The notes: generated from the letters alone by a model not told the origin. DNA of 64,000 bases from an uncultured Clostridia bacterium (GCA_934120675.1 CAKOUU010000006.1:23408-87407); one strand, 5' to 3'. Shown: positions 37,640 to 47,449, numbered from the stretch's first letter. Numbers and translations are program-made.

Positions 37640-39484
37640 TTATACTTTGGCTTCGCTATCTTCATCTTTTTTCTCGTATTTATTAGAAATTAGACCTGCT
37701 AAAAAGCTATGTGCAATTGATTCAAAATCTAGTCCTTCTGTTTGCATTGTTTCAATAAATATAGGGCTTACATCTTTTCCCATTGACATATGTATTCTTA
37801 TTACAATATCCATAAATTGTTTTTTGTTTCCCGCTTTTATACTGTTTAACATTTTATATGTATATCCATCAATTTTGTTTTCTTCTCCTGTTCTTTTTAA
37901 ATCCTCATGCATTTGTATTCCTAAGTTATACAATACTTTTAATTTGGCATCACTTTTTTTGATTTCTTCCATTTCAATGTCCTCCTTTTTTAATAGATTT
38001 AGTATCATTCTTACTCTTGTTGCTAAGAATGAATTGTATCCATTTGTATTTTCTTTATTTAGCTCATCTCTTAATCTGTCATTTATTATATATTTGATAT
38101 CTTTGTTCTTTAAAATATAGTCTACTATTTGTAGTCTATATCTGTAATCTCTTATTTTTGAAAGTGTTTTGTCTGAATATTCTGTAAAAAATTTTGATAC
38201 ATATCTTTTTATATTGAAGTATTCAATTCTACTATATGCTCCATATTCTGCTTCAAATTCAACTACAAATATATTTTCCAATTGCCATGTACTTACTTGT
38301 TTATCTTGCTCTACTATGTCTAGGATTAGTTCTGTATATGGATTTCCATCTCTGTTCTCATACCTTGATTTGTTACCAAAATTCACATTTGTTTTATATA
38401 ATTTTTCAACACTTGTATCTAGGTTCACAAAACTTAATATTTGTTTTTCTTTATAGTCTCCATTTTCTTTTACTGTTTTGGTTATTGTTGTTATTCCTGC
38501 TGGTATGCAAAATAAAATTAGTTTACATATATCACATATTGGCATTTTTACATTTTGCTCCCAGAAGAAGTTTCGTGCATTATCACTACTTATTGCTAGT
38601 GGTGCAAAATTTCCTTCTGAATAATTTGTTGTTAATCCAATTTCATTTTCACACATTGAGCATCTTTGAATAACCTTTTCTTTTAAATATCTTTGAATTT
38701 CTTCTACTTCTTTATTTTTTCCTATGTAGTCTTTCTCTATTTTTGAGTATATTTTTTCTATTTCTTTTGTTATATTTCCTTCTATTTTTGTTTTTTCTAT
38801 GTATTGTCTTATTTCTTCTATATTATATTTTCCTTTTATAATGTCTTGGATAAATCCTGTTTCTACAATGTTACTAACATAATCTTTGTACATTAATTTT
38901 TCTTGTTCTTCATATGTTAGTCCAGTTTTCACTACATTTAGGAAGCTTGGTTGTCCATAATATGTGTTGCTTAATATACTCTTGAATAGATTCAATGTAA
39001 GTCTTTTATTTATGTTTTCTTTTCTTATTTTTTCTAGTATTTTTTCTTCTATTTCTATTATCCCTTGTTTTGTATTTTCTTTTTCTATTTTGTCATATTG
39101 TTCTTTCATTTCATTGTATGTTTGCTCGTCTATTTTTTTAATTTTGTCTAATTGTTTTTTTACCGTGTCTTTTATGTATTTTTTATTTGTTTTTAATTTG
39201 TCTTTTCTTTGTTTTTCTTCTTCTTTTTCTAATGGCGTTTCTATGTTGTTTTCTAAATATCTAAATGCATTGTTTGTTCTATTTTTTACATTTTCTGCTA
39301 CATTGTATTTATCATAAAAATATTTAAAATAGTATTTATTGAAATCTCTTAAATCTTCTGTATCTATTTCTATATAGTTGTTTCTTTTTGTTGCAAATTG
39401 ATTCTCATTATGTTCTAATATTTTAAGAAAACCAACAACACCACAATTTAAGTACCAATCATTTAAGTATATTTTTGTTTTCAC
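37640..39484 (-). CDS. cas8b: Type I-B large subunit Cas8b
   Basis: Its position between cas6 and cas7, the N-terminus YLNDWYLNCGVVGFLKILEH, and a Cys cluster (CSMCENE...CDICKL) support the call. Confidence 0.8.
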   Translation of the reverse strand: MKTKIYLNDWYLNCGVVGFLKILEHNENQFATKRNNYIEIDTEDLRDFNKYYFKYFYDKYNVAENVKNRTNNAFRYLENNIETPLEKEEEKQRKDKLKTNKKYIKDTVKKQLDKIKKIDEQTYNEMKEQYDKIEKENTKQGIIEIEEKILEKIRKENINKRLTLNLFKSILSNTYYGQPSFLNVVKTGLTYEEQEKLMYKDYVSNIVETGFIQDIIKGKYNIEEIRQYIEKTKIEGNITKEIEKIYSKIEKDYIGKNKEVEEIQRYLKEKVIQRCSMCENEIGLTTNYSEGNFAPLAISSDNARNFFWEQNVKMPICDICKLILFCIPAGITTITKTVKENGDYKEKQILSFVNLDTSVEKLYKTNVNFGNKSRYENRDGNPYTELILDIVEQDKQVSTWQLENIFVVEFEAEYGAYSRIEYFNIKRYVSKFFTEYSDKTLSKIRDYRYRLQIVDYILKNKDIKYIINDRLRDELNKENTNGYNSFLATRVRMILNLLKKEDIEMEEIKKSDAKLKVLYNLGIQMHEDLKRTGEENKIDGYTYKMLNSIKAGNKKQFMDIVIRIHMSMGKDVSPIFIETMQTEGLDFESIAHSFLAGLISNKYEKKDEDSEAKV

Positions 39485-39542
39485 TTTTTATATCACTCCT
39501 CTCTCATACTATAAATTATGTAATTTTTAACAAATTTCTTTT

Positions 39543-40256
39543 TTATAATATTTGGAACATCCCAAATCCCGCACTATGTTTGCTTCCGATTCCTGCTTGA
39601 TATAAATACTTAAGCAATTCTTTATTTCCGCTTATTTCAAATGTTCCTGTTGAACACTCTATACATTTTTCATAAAACTTTATTAATATTTTTTTTGCAT
39701 TTATTGGTTTTATTGTAAACGTGTCTACTTTTTCTGTTGGTATGTTTGTTATTTTTAGTTGTTCTTTGATGTTGATTTTTAGTATTTCTTCAAATTTTTC
39801 GTTTTCATATGAGTAATAGTAGTCTTTGTTGTTTTCTCTTGCTCTTACACATAGTGGTGATTGAAATTTTACTATTATTTTGTCTGTTGTTATTTCTTTT
39901 TCTTTTATCATTGTTATGTTTTCTAAAGTCATTGAGTTACTGTTTAGTGGATATTTTTTGTGTTTTTGTTTGTTAAATGAGTTATATAATATTATTCCTG
40001 TTTCATAGTCTGATGTTGATATGTTTAATTCTAAATTATTGTCTTTTAGTATAATTTTGTCACTTTCTATTTTTCGTTGTTTATAATATGTTGAAAATGT
40101 GTATTGTTTTATTATTGGGTCTTTTCCATTGTAGTATTTTGAATAATACTTTGTGTCATATTTTTCTAGGCAATATTTGAAAAAGCTTATTATTGTTTTT
40201 CTGTATTGTATTGGTATTTCTTCTTTTTCCAGTTCAAAGTATAATTTAAATCTCAT
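39543..40256 (-). CDS. cas6: CRISPR repeat endoribonuclease Cas6
   Basis: It has the C-terminal Gly-rich loop GIGSKHSAGFGMFQIL and is the first gene of the cas operon. Confidence 0.85.
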   Translation of the reverse strand: MRFKLYFELEKEEIPIQYRKTIISFFKYCLEKYDTKYYSKYYNGKDPIIKQYTFSTYYKQRKIESDKIILKDNNLELNISTSDYETGIILYNSFNKQKHKKYPLNSNSMTLENITMIKEKEITTDKIIVKFQSPLCVRARENNKDYYYSYENEKFEEILKINIKEQLKITNIPTEKVDTFTIKPINAKKILIKFYEKCIECSTGTFEISGNKELLKYLYQAGIGSKHSAGFGMFQIL

Positions 40257-40447
40257 TTTTTCACCTTCTTTTTTATTTTTATTTATTATACCATAACTAC
40301 ACTTTTTAAATATAATTATTGGTTTTATTTTTATATTTTGTATTATATATTATTTTTTAAAATTTTATTGTCGAAACTTGTCGAAATATATTTTTTTATG
40401 CCATAAAAAAACTAATGCATTTTTGCATTAGTTTAATTTTCATTATA

Positions 40448-41410
40448 TCACATTAATTGTGGATTATACTTGTTATCCCTTAAAAAAGAGGTGTGATCCA
40501 GTAATTTGGTTTCATATTCTTCATAATATATATTATTATTTTTATATTTTTTTCTATATAAATTATACATTATGTATCTTCCTTTTGAAATTATAATATT
40601 CATTGTTAATCTTAAGTTAAAATAAAATTTTTTTACTATTTCTCCACAATTTTCATAAATACTTACAATTGTTTCTTCTATTATATCTTCTTTATAAATT
40701 TGCCATCCATTTGTTTTATGGTACTTATTTGCTGCATTCCTTAGATACCTTACTATTTTTTCATAATTTTCATTCATAAATTCATTTGATATTCTTATAT
40801 TTTCTCCTATCCACAACCCCTTTTCGCTTTGTTCCATTGCTATTTTGTTAAATTTATAATGACTTTGATTTTTATTATAATATTTTAAAAATTGTTCTAA
40901 TGTTATATTTCTTTCTTTACAAATCTTTTGTAATTTTTCTTTTGAATAATAATCATTTTTGTATTTATTAATATATTTAAAATCCAATTTTATCAATTTC
41001 ACTATGTGCTTTGTCTTTACGTCCGTTACTTTTATTTCATCTAATTCATTATTTTTTATTTTATTATATTTATATATTGATATTCCTAACATTCTTATTA
41101 AAGTATAGTTTTTTACTTTTAATTTTCTTTTTAAATCTAAAAATTCTTCTTTGTTTATTTTTCCTTGTGCTATTATTTTTCTGTTTTTTATTCCTTTGTG
41201 ATTATTAAATTTTAGTTTTGTATATTTTTGTTTTCCATTTTTTAGCTTATATGCTGTATTATATTTTATTTCTAATATATATAATAAGTCTTTTATTTCT
41301 ATTTTTTCTTTTTTTGATATTTCTTTTATTTCGTTAAAACTGATTTTTTTGTTTTCGTGTATATTGTATTTGCTTGTTATTATTTCTAATAGTTCACTTT
41401 TTCTGTACAT
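40448..41410 (-). CDS. Hypothetical Lys/Asn-rich protein, possibly with several HTH-like modules
   Basis: It is a long intact ORF ending in TGA. I can name no confident family. Confidence 0.4.
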   Translation of the reverse strand: MYRKSELLEIITSKYNIHENKKISFNEIKEISKKEKIEIKDLLYILEIKYNTAYKLKNGKQKYTKLKFNNHKGIKNRKIIAQGKINKEEFLDLKRKLKVKNYTLIRMLGISIYKYNKIKNNELDEIKVTDVKTKHIVKLIKLDFKYINKYKNDYYSKEKLQKICKERNITLEQFLKYYNKNQSHYKFNKIAMEQSEKGLWIGENIRISNEFMNENYEKIVRYLRNAANKYHKTNGWQIYKEDIIEETIVSIYENCGEIVKKFYFNLRLTMNIIISKGRYIMYNLYRKKYKNNNIYYEEYETKLLDHTSFLRDNKYNPQLM

Positions 41411-41616
41411 ATTTATTTCCTTATTGTTGTATTTTGGTTTATATTATCATTTTCATATGGTTTGTGTCAATTTAATTCATTTTTATCTCTTATGAATTTA
41501 AGGATAATATTTTGTATCTTATTTGATAATATTTATAATATGCCTTCGGGTTATGAGATGTGCTTGAAACGTTTATGTAATTTAGTGAAATCAAGGGTTT
41601 TAGCTGATATTTCAAT

Positions 41617-41691
41617 AAAAATTGGGGAAATGGTTTTTAGAACCTTTGTGCATTTTTTTGAACTTTTTTGAGGAGTTTTTCCCCAATTTTT
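41617..41691. repeat. 14-bp perfect inverted repeat separated by 47 nt
   Basis: The arms are aaaaattggggaaa (41617-41630) and tttccccaattttt (41678-41691), upstream of tnpV. Confidence 0.8.
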
Positions 41692-41772
41692 TCCCAAGTG
41701 TTTTATACATATGTTCGTATAAAATTTGAATATTTACGGGAGACCTAAACTTTATTTTGGGAGGTTTTATAG

Positions 41773-42129
41773 ATGAATAATAAAATTACATATCACAGAG
41801 AAGGAAATTATTTGATTCCTGATTTGTGTTTGCCTAAACAACCTGATGGACATATTGGAAAATATGGAAGATTAAGATTAAATTATTTAAAGAATTTTGA
41901 TATACCTTTTTATACTGAATTACTTATCAGTGGTACTTTGAAACAACATTTGCTAGATATAGATAATGATGCTAGTAATAAGGTTAGTTTACTTATAAAG
42001 AATTTTGCGAAAGCTGAAAACGTTAATGAATTGTTGAAAGAACATCATCAAATGGAGTGGGTTCAGGCTATGAATAGTTTTAAAAATAAGGCTGAAGAAA
42101 TTGTTTTGAATGAGATTATATATGTGTAG
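41773..42129 (+). CDS. tnpV: TnpV-family protein (accessory protein of clostridial mobilisable transposons)
   Basis: It has ITYHREGNYLIPDL..IGKYGRLRLNYLKN...LISGTLKQHLLDIDNDA...MEWVQAMN..AEEIVLNEIIY, matching the TnpV pattern as I recall it. Confidence 0.7.
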   Translation: MNNKITYHREGNYLIPDLCLPKQPDGHIGKYGRLRLNYLKNFDIPFYTELLISGTLKQHLLDIDNDASNKVSLLIKNFAKAENVNELLKEHHQMEWVQAMNSFKNKAEEIVLNEIIYV

Positions 42130-42142
42130 GAGTATTTTAGAT

Positions 42143-42439
42143 ATGGTTAATTTTAGAGAAGTTAATGAAAATGATATTTTGAAAGAATGGTTAGAATGTA
42201 GAGAAGATACTTTGCTTTGCCAGCTTTCTGATGAAGATTATAAGCATTGTTTGAATTTTGATAAGTTTTGTGAGAGGATTTTGCGTAATGTTTCTAAGGA
42301 TAATAAACAGTTTGTTCAGTCTCAACTTGATAAATTGTATGATGATTTTATGAGGTATCTGGATTATTGGAATGAAAAGTATTATAGAAATGGGTTCGTG
42401 GATGGTTCTCAGTTGGTTATGGGATGTTTTGAGGAATAA
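42143..42439 (+). CDS. Hypothetical protein downstream of tnpV
   Basis: The start MVNFREVNEND is preceded by SD taggag. No family recognised. Confidence 0.45.
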   Translation: MVNFREVNENDILKEWLECREDTLLCQLSDEDYKHCLNFDKFCERILRNVSKDNKQFVQSQLDKLYDDFMRYLDYWNEKYYRNGFVDGSQLVMGCFEE

Positions 42440-42479
42440 TACATGTTTACCATATTTTCCTGTTTTGTAGTAAAATTGT

Positions 42480-42527
42480 AAAAGTGTGAAATTTGACTTT
42501 TTATAAGTCGATTTTCACACTTTTTTA
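42480..42527 (+). terminator. Intrinsic terminator
   Basis: The 12-bp stem is aaaagtgtgaaa / tttcacactttt with a 21-nt loop, followed by a T-run. Confidence 0.6.
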
Positions 42528-42628
42528 TCTCTAAGAATTGTAATTTGTATATATCGTTATACTATAAAATCAAGAGATTATCAACTGACATCTTGATTTT
42601 TATACCTTGTTGTTTATTTTTATAAATA

Positions 42629-42892
42629 TTAGTGTGAAATAGCAAAATCTGATATATATTTATATTCCTCATCAATTCTAAGAATATTTGCTTCAATATA
42701 TATCTGTAGCATTTTTAAAGGATAGATTGATTTAGCAGTAATAATACAACCATTTTCATTAAATGATATTTCATATTGTATATTTTCTTCTTTTGGTTCT
42801 TCGTCAATTTTTGAAACTAATATTTTTTAAAAATCGTTTTCATCATATCCTTCTAAGCAATTATATGTAAGTTTAACCTTTATTTCATTCAT
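42629..42892 (-). pseudogene. Small (87-codon) gene interrupted by an in-frame TAA at codon 22
   Basis: It reads MNEIKVKLTYNCLEGYDENDF*KILVSKIDEEPKEENIQYEISFNENGCIITAKSIYPLKML..., with SD ggagaaaatg upstream. The stop is at 42827-42829. Confidence 0.35.
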
Positions 42893-42974
42893 ACATTTTC
42901 TCCTTATAAAATTATTATTACTATTTATCTTTTCTTTAAAGTAATTTTTTATAACTCCAAGGTACTAATAGAGC

Positions 42975-43709
42975 TTACTCATTACTTAAATTTTCAAAAT
43001 ATTCTTGAATATACATATTAAAATCCTCACATACTTGATAAACTTTTAACAACCATATACGCAAATTAGACATTTCTATTTTAAAATTTTCATCTTTATA
43101 AAATTCTGTGTCTTCTATTTTTTCATTTTGTTCAACATATTTATATGGTACTCCTTGTTTTGTAATTGGATATCTAGGAGCTATAAACGTATATTTATCA
43201 ACAGTATCAATCTTAAACATATCTGCTATTGTTTTTATAAATGTGTGTATCAATTTAAAGTCAGTTTCAAATTTACTAAATTCATTACTTTCCTTTATTT
43301 TTTTGTTTACAACAGTAGATAATTGTAAAATATTATGTCCTTCCCATGTTATGTCTGTATAATTTTCAAAATTATTTTCTAGAAAATATCTTGTTGCCTT
43401 CAGGAAAAGTTCTAATGCATGAATTGTATTAAAGAAAATTGGAAACATCCAGATATCTTTTTTATTGCTAATTCTATTTTTTATGCAATCTTCTAATAAA
43501 AATAAACTTGTTTCAGCATATCCTTCATACATAGATATAAATTGTTCATATATGGTTCCATCCATTCTAAAATTCATAAAAGCTTGATCATTAGAAAATT
43601 CATTTGTATTAAAGAATTTTATTTTATTCTTTTCTTTTAAAAATTCCTTTGATGATATTTTTCTTAATTCATCAAAAGATTCTAAATATTCAATTTCCAA
43701 TTTTTTCAT
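42975..43709 (-). CDS. Hypothetical all-alpha protein, operon partner of Fic (possibly HEPN-like)
   Basis: It starts 22 nt after the fic stop. It contains FFNTIHALELFLKATRY and EGHNILQL helices. This domain guess is weak. Confidence 0.4.
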   Translation of the reverse strand: MKKLEIEYLESFDELRKISSKEFLKEKNKIKFFNTNEFSNDQAFMNFRMDGTIYEQFISMYEGYAETSLFLLEDCIKNRISNKKDIWMFPIFFNTIHALELFLKATRYFLENNFENYTDITWEGHNILQLSTVVNKKIKESNEFSKFETDFKLIHTFIKTIADMFKIDTVDKYTFIAPRYPITKQGVPYKYVEQNEKIEDTEFYKDENFKIEMSNLRIWLLKVYQVCEDFNMYIQEYFENLSNE

Positions 43710-43731
43710 CTCCTATCTCTACAAACTACTA

Positions 43732-44790
43732 TTACTCGTTCACTATCCATTCTCCATTTTTTTTGCCATTTTTTCTTTCTATTATACCCTTTTCTTGCAT
43801 TTCTGCCATATATGTTTTGACAGTTCTTACAGATTTATTAATTTGTTTTGCAATTTCTTCTTGGTTTGTTGCTGGATTTACTTTTAATATATTTATAATT
43901 GCTTGTTCTTCTAAAGTGCAATTATTGCCCTTTAATTTATTTTTATTTGCACTTTGAATATTATCTATATGTGTATATCTATTCTTTAATTCATAGTTAC
44001 TATTTGTTAATAAATTATAAAAGAATTTTTCTAAAAATGAAGTATCCTCGAATACATTTTTTTCAAAATTTTTGTAATTAGCTCTTACTAATGAATTTCT
44101 AAAATACCATGAATTTTCAGCAAATACTTCATCATTAATATTAAATCCAAAAGTTCTTAGATATTTTATAATAAATACTGCTGTTGTTCTTGTATTTCCT
44201 TCGCAAAATGGATGTACTTGCCATATATTTGATGTAAATCTACATAGATGTTTAATAGATTCATCTAAACTTAATCCTTTATATAAAAAATTTTTTTCTT
44301 GGTCGAAGTCATATTCTAATGTTTCTTTTATTGTATCAAATGGTGCATATATTACTGTATCTCCATTTAACACCCATTCTTTTTTAGTAAAGTTATAATC
44401 CCTATATACTCCTGCTCCATCAAATACCTCTTTAAATAATCTTTTATGAATATTTAATAATTCTGTTGGTGAAAAATTAAATGCTTTTTCACTTAATATT
44501 TCTGTAATCCTTACTGCAACTTTATCAGCTTCCTCGCTCTCTTTTTCAAAGTTTTTTCTACTACCTTGAACTTCATAATATTCATCTATTCTTGTTTTTG
44601 CTTCTTCAATATCTATTGTTCCTTCAATGTGTTCCTTAGCTGTCTTTATCAAGTATTTTGAAGGCTTTAATCCATCTACATCTTGCAAACCAATTGCTGT
44701 TTCCCATGTTTTGGTTTTTTCTACTTGATTTGGTTCACCTTGTTTAATATATTCTGATAATTCTAAATTCCAATCTTCTTTTTTATTCAT
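43732..44790 (-). CDS. Fic/DOC family protein with a C-terminal winged-HTH
   Basis: It has the Fic motif HPFCEGNTRTTAVF, an N-terminal VbhA-like helix region, and the C-terminal EEIAKQINKSVRTVKTYMAEMQEKGIIER. Confidence 0.85.
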   Translation of the reverse strand: MNKKEDWNLELSEYIKQGEPNQVEKTKTWETAIGLQDVDGLKPSKYLIKTAKEHIEGTIDIEEAKTRIDEYYEVQGSRKNFEKESEEADKVAVRITEILSEKAFNFSPTELLNIHKRLFKEVFDGAGVYRDYNFTKKEWVLNGDTVIYAPFDTIKETLEYDFDQEKNFLYKGLSLDESIKHLCRFTSNIWQVHPFCEGNTRTTAVFIIKYLRTFGFNINDEVFAENSWYFRNSLVRANYKNFEKNVFEDTSFLEKFFYNLLTNSNYELKNRYTHIDNIQSANKNKLKGNNCTLEEQAIINILKVNPATNQEEIAKQINKSVRTVKTYMAEMQEKGIIERKNGKKNGEWIVNE

Positions 44791-44812
44791 TAGAAATACC
44801 TCCTACATATAT

Positions 44813-44841
44813 ATTATATCAGTTATCTGATATAATATCAA
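44813..44841 (-). promoter_or_regulatory. Candidate promoter of the fic operon
   Basis: On the minus strand: TTGATA, 17 nt, TATAAT. The -35 box overlaps the operator arm. Confidence 0.5.
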
Positions 44842-44898
44842 TATTTAAAGTGCAATTTTTGCACTTTAAATAGCAAAAGTTGCACTTTAAATATTGAT
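44837..44898. promoter_or_regulatory. Nested palindromic operator (three copies of the half-site TTGCACTTTAAATA)
   Basis: The arm tatttaaagtgcaa (44842-44855), 3 nt, then ttgcactttaaata (44859-44872), with a third identical 14-mer at 44880-44893. The outer 19-bp arms 44837-44855 and 44880-44898 are exact reverse complements. Confidence 0.75.
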
Positions 44899-44958
44899 CT
44901 ATACTTTTTAATAAAAATTAAGATGTTAATATTAACCAATCAGTATCTTAATACTTTT

Positions 44959-45804
44959 TTATTGTCTCCAATAATCTTTTATCATTTCATCTTTATATTG
45001 CTTATATCTATCTGTATATTTTTGCTTAAATTCTTTGACTGTTTCTCTCTTCATTGGATATTTTTCTTTAATTTTTTTACAATTAGGTCTTTCTTCATTA
45101 TTTTTTAGTAGTCTAATCAGTCCATGTATCGAAGTATTTGTTTTATAAAATGGATAAACTAATTGATTATAAACATTTTCGTAAGAAAATATCTCATATG
45201 ATGAAACCAATTTATCTGGTATAAACAATATTTCGTCATTCTCTATACATGGTACTAGTATTTCTTTTTTATGCCATTCTTGTATATCTACATCAAATAT
45301 CCATTTTTTCTTCTTTTTCAATTCAATGTTTATGTCGTATTTAGCTATTATTCCTATTGTAAATTCAAGTAATTCTTCATATATTATATTTGTCGTTAAA
45401 TCAGATACTTTATCTGGTCCGACATTTTCCGCTAGCACAAGTATATCTGGCATGTCCTCTATGTAGTCTTTGATTTTAATTGCTTCATCGAATATAACTA
45501 ATAGATCTCTTTGGCAGAACCCTTTACCCTTTGGTTTATCGTTTCTATTAGTATATCCTAACTTTATTGCATTTATTTCGTGTAAATGCTCTCCCATTTT
45601 TGCAGCATTATCTCTTAAATTGTGTTCCACTGAATAAAAGAACAAATCAAAGTATTTTAATATTTTTTCTTTTGCTCTCTTTAGCAATTCACTTCTTGTT
45701 TCATCTATCCTATATGGATCTATGAATAATTTATTATCATGTTCAAAATCTAATTGAACAATTTCTTGTATTTTCTCTATTTTATCTTTTAATTCTTTGT
45801 TCAT
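44959..45804 (-). CDS. Hypothetical protein (281 aa), operon partner of a small HNH nuclease
   Basis: The start MNKELKDKIEKIQ has SD aggag and lies 13 nt after the HNH stop. No family recognised. Confidence 0.45.
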   Translation of the reverse strand: MNKELKDKIEKIQEIVQLDFEHDNKLFIDPYRIDETRSELLKRAKEKILKYFDLFFYSVEHNLRDNAAKMGEHLHEINAIKLGYTNRNDKPKGKGFCQRDLLVIFDEAIKIKDYIEDMPDILVLAENVGPDKVSDLTTNIIYEELLEFTIGIIAKYDINIELKKKKKWIFDVDIQEWHKKEILVPCIENDEILFIPDKLVSSYEIFSYENVYNQLVYPFYKTNTSIHGLIRLLKNNEERPNCKKIKEKYPMKRETVKEFKQKYTDRYKQYKDEMIKDYWRQ

Positions 45805-45817
45805 CTTCTTCTCCTTT

Positions 45818-46069
45818 CTATCCTTTGTATGGATATTTATCACTCTTTTGTCTATTTTCTTTCCATTGCACAGCATGTAAATTATTAGAATTATCTGTTC
45901 CTCCCTTTGATATTGGATGTTTATGGTCTATTTCCCATCCCATATCACTTTGTCTTCCATATGATGATTTATACATAATATTTCCATAATCATCCTTTCT
46001 ATATACATTTGGATTCTTTCCTCTAATTTTATGTGCATTGTTCCATGCTTCTTCAACTTTTCTATTCAT
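45818..46069 (-). CDS. Small stand-alone HNH endonuclease
   Basis: It has WEIDHKHPISKGGTDNSNNLHAVQWKENRQK (H-N-H). Confidence 0.75.
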   Translation of the reverse strand: MNRKVEEAWNNAHKIRGKNPNVYRKDDYGNIMYKSSYGRQSDMGWEIDHKHPISKGGTDNSNNLHAVQWKENRQKSDKYPYKG

Positions 46070-46253
46070 TTTAATTTCCTCCTATTTAATTTTTTATTAT
46101 AAAATTAAATTACAAGTTTCTCTTTTTTCCTTTCTGCCCTCTTGTAATTTTAAGAAGAAATTGTTATAATTGAATAAATAAAAGATTCGCAAAGTCTTTT
46201 TCTATTCGTTCAATGTTTAACATTGGGCGATTTTTCTTCTTATTTATATACTA

Positions 46254-46991
46254 CTAATAATCCTTAACTTGTATTAATACTAATTTCATATTATATTTCT
46301 TCAATTCAAATATAACTTGATATGCTGTTCCCTGAAAACTCTCATCTAGCCAATTGTTTAATGTGTCTTTAACATATTTTTCAGGTTCATCATTTAGTAT
46401 TTCTCCATCATATATTTCAAATTTAAAATCATCAAAAACCTTATATTGCCACTTTTGTTTATTATTTTCATAGCATAATAATGCCATAATTTCTGAATTT
46501 ATATCTACATATTTGCATAACAATGATGTTAATGAAACTTGATATCTTTGTGCTAATTCTTGTAATTGTCTAAAATTTCTAAGTGAAATTCTTTCTAATT
46601 CAGAATTAATATATTGGCTAGGCATAATTAATTCAGCCGCAAATTTGTCAACATCAGTTTCTATTTTCTTTCTTTCATTTTTGTACATATAATCTGTTCT
46701 AGTATACATATCGTCTATTTTCTCTAAATGATTTGGTAAAAAATAATGTCCCAATTCGTGTGCAATAGTAAATTTTTCTTTTTCAGTACCAACGATTGAA
46801 TTACTTAAAAAAATCACTTTTCTACCTTTGCGTATTCTAAAATATGCATAAGCATTTTTTAAATCAGCTTTCACAATTTCAATATTAAATATTTTACACA
46901 ATTCATATAAGTCTATTGGAGGCTTTAATTCTAACTTTTCAATTAAATCATTTGCATATATTGCATTTATATCCATATTAATTTTCCTCAA
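46254..46991 (-). CDS. ImmA/IrrE-family (M78) metallopeptidase
   Basis: It has FTIAHELGHYFLPNH and AAELIMP. Confidence 0.8.
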   Translation of the reverse strand: MRKINMDINAIYANDLIEKLELKPPIDLYELCKIFNIEIVKADLKNAYAYFRIRKGRKVIFLSNSIVGTEKEKFTIAHELGHYFLPNHLEKIDDMYTRTDYMYKNERKKIETDVDKFAAELIMPSQYINSELERISLRNFRQLQELAQRYQVSLTSLLCKYVDINSEIMALLCYENNKQKWQYKVFDDFKFEIYDGEILNDEPEKYVKDTLNNWLDESFQGTAYQVIFELKKYNMKLVLIQVKDY

Positions 46992-47448
46992 AATATTTAT
47001 TCATAATATCTTCATCCGAATTATTTGTGTTTTTTAATCCTCTTGCTGCTAATAATTCATTTTCTTCCCCTAGCAAACTTTGAATATCTTTTTTCATGAA
47101 TCTCCATTCTTTACCAATTTTTATAGGTTTTAATCTTCCATCTTTAATCATATTATAGATAGTTTGATTTGATACTCTCAATGCTTCTGCTAGTTCTGAT
47201 ACATTTAAATTTATTTCCGATTCATTTGTTTTAGTTTCTGACATTGCCAAACACAACTTTTCCATCATTTTTATATCATTAGAATTGTAAACAATTTGAC
47301 CACAGTTTGGACAAACATATGCTTTTATACCATTTAATTTTAATGTATACCCATTTCTCGAAATTTCTAATTCTCTAATTTCTTCTTTCATTTTAGAATT
47401 ACATTCAAAACATATTCTTTCCATAGTATTCATATCTAATTTATTCAT
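46978..47448 (-). CDS. YgiT/MqsA-type zinc-finger plus excisionase/MerR-type HTH DNA-binding protein (putative antitoxin)
   Basis: It has CFECNSKM...CPNCGQIVY, then LNVSELAEALRVSNQTIYNMIKDGRLKPIKIGKEWRF. Confidence 0.7.
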   Translation of the reverse strand: MNKLDMNTMERICFECNSKMKEEIRELEISRNGYTLKLNGIKAYVCPNCGQIVYNSNDIKMMEKLCLAMSETKTNESEINLNVSELAEALRVSNQTIYNMIKDGRLKPIKIGKEWRFMKKDIQSLLGEENELLAARGLKNTNNSDEDIMNKYFEEN

Positions 47449-47449
47449 T

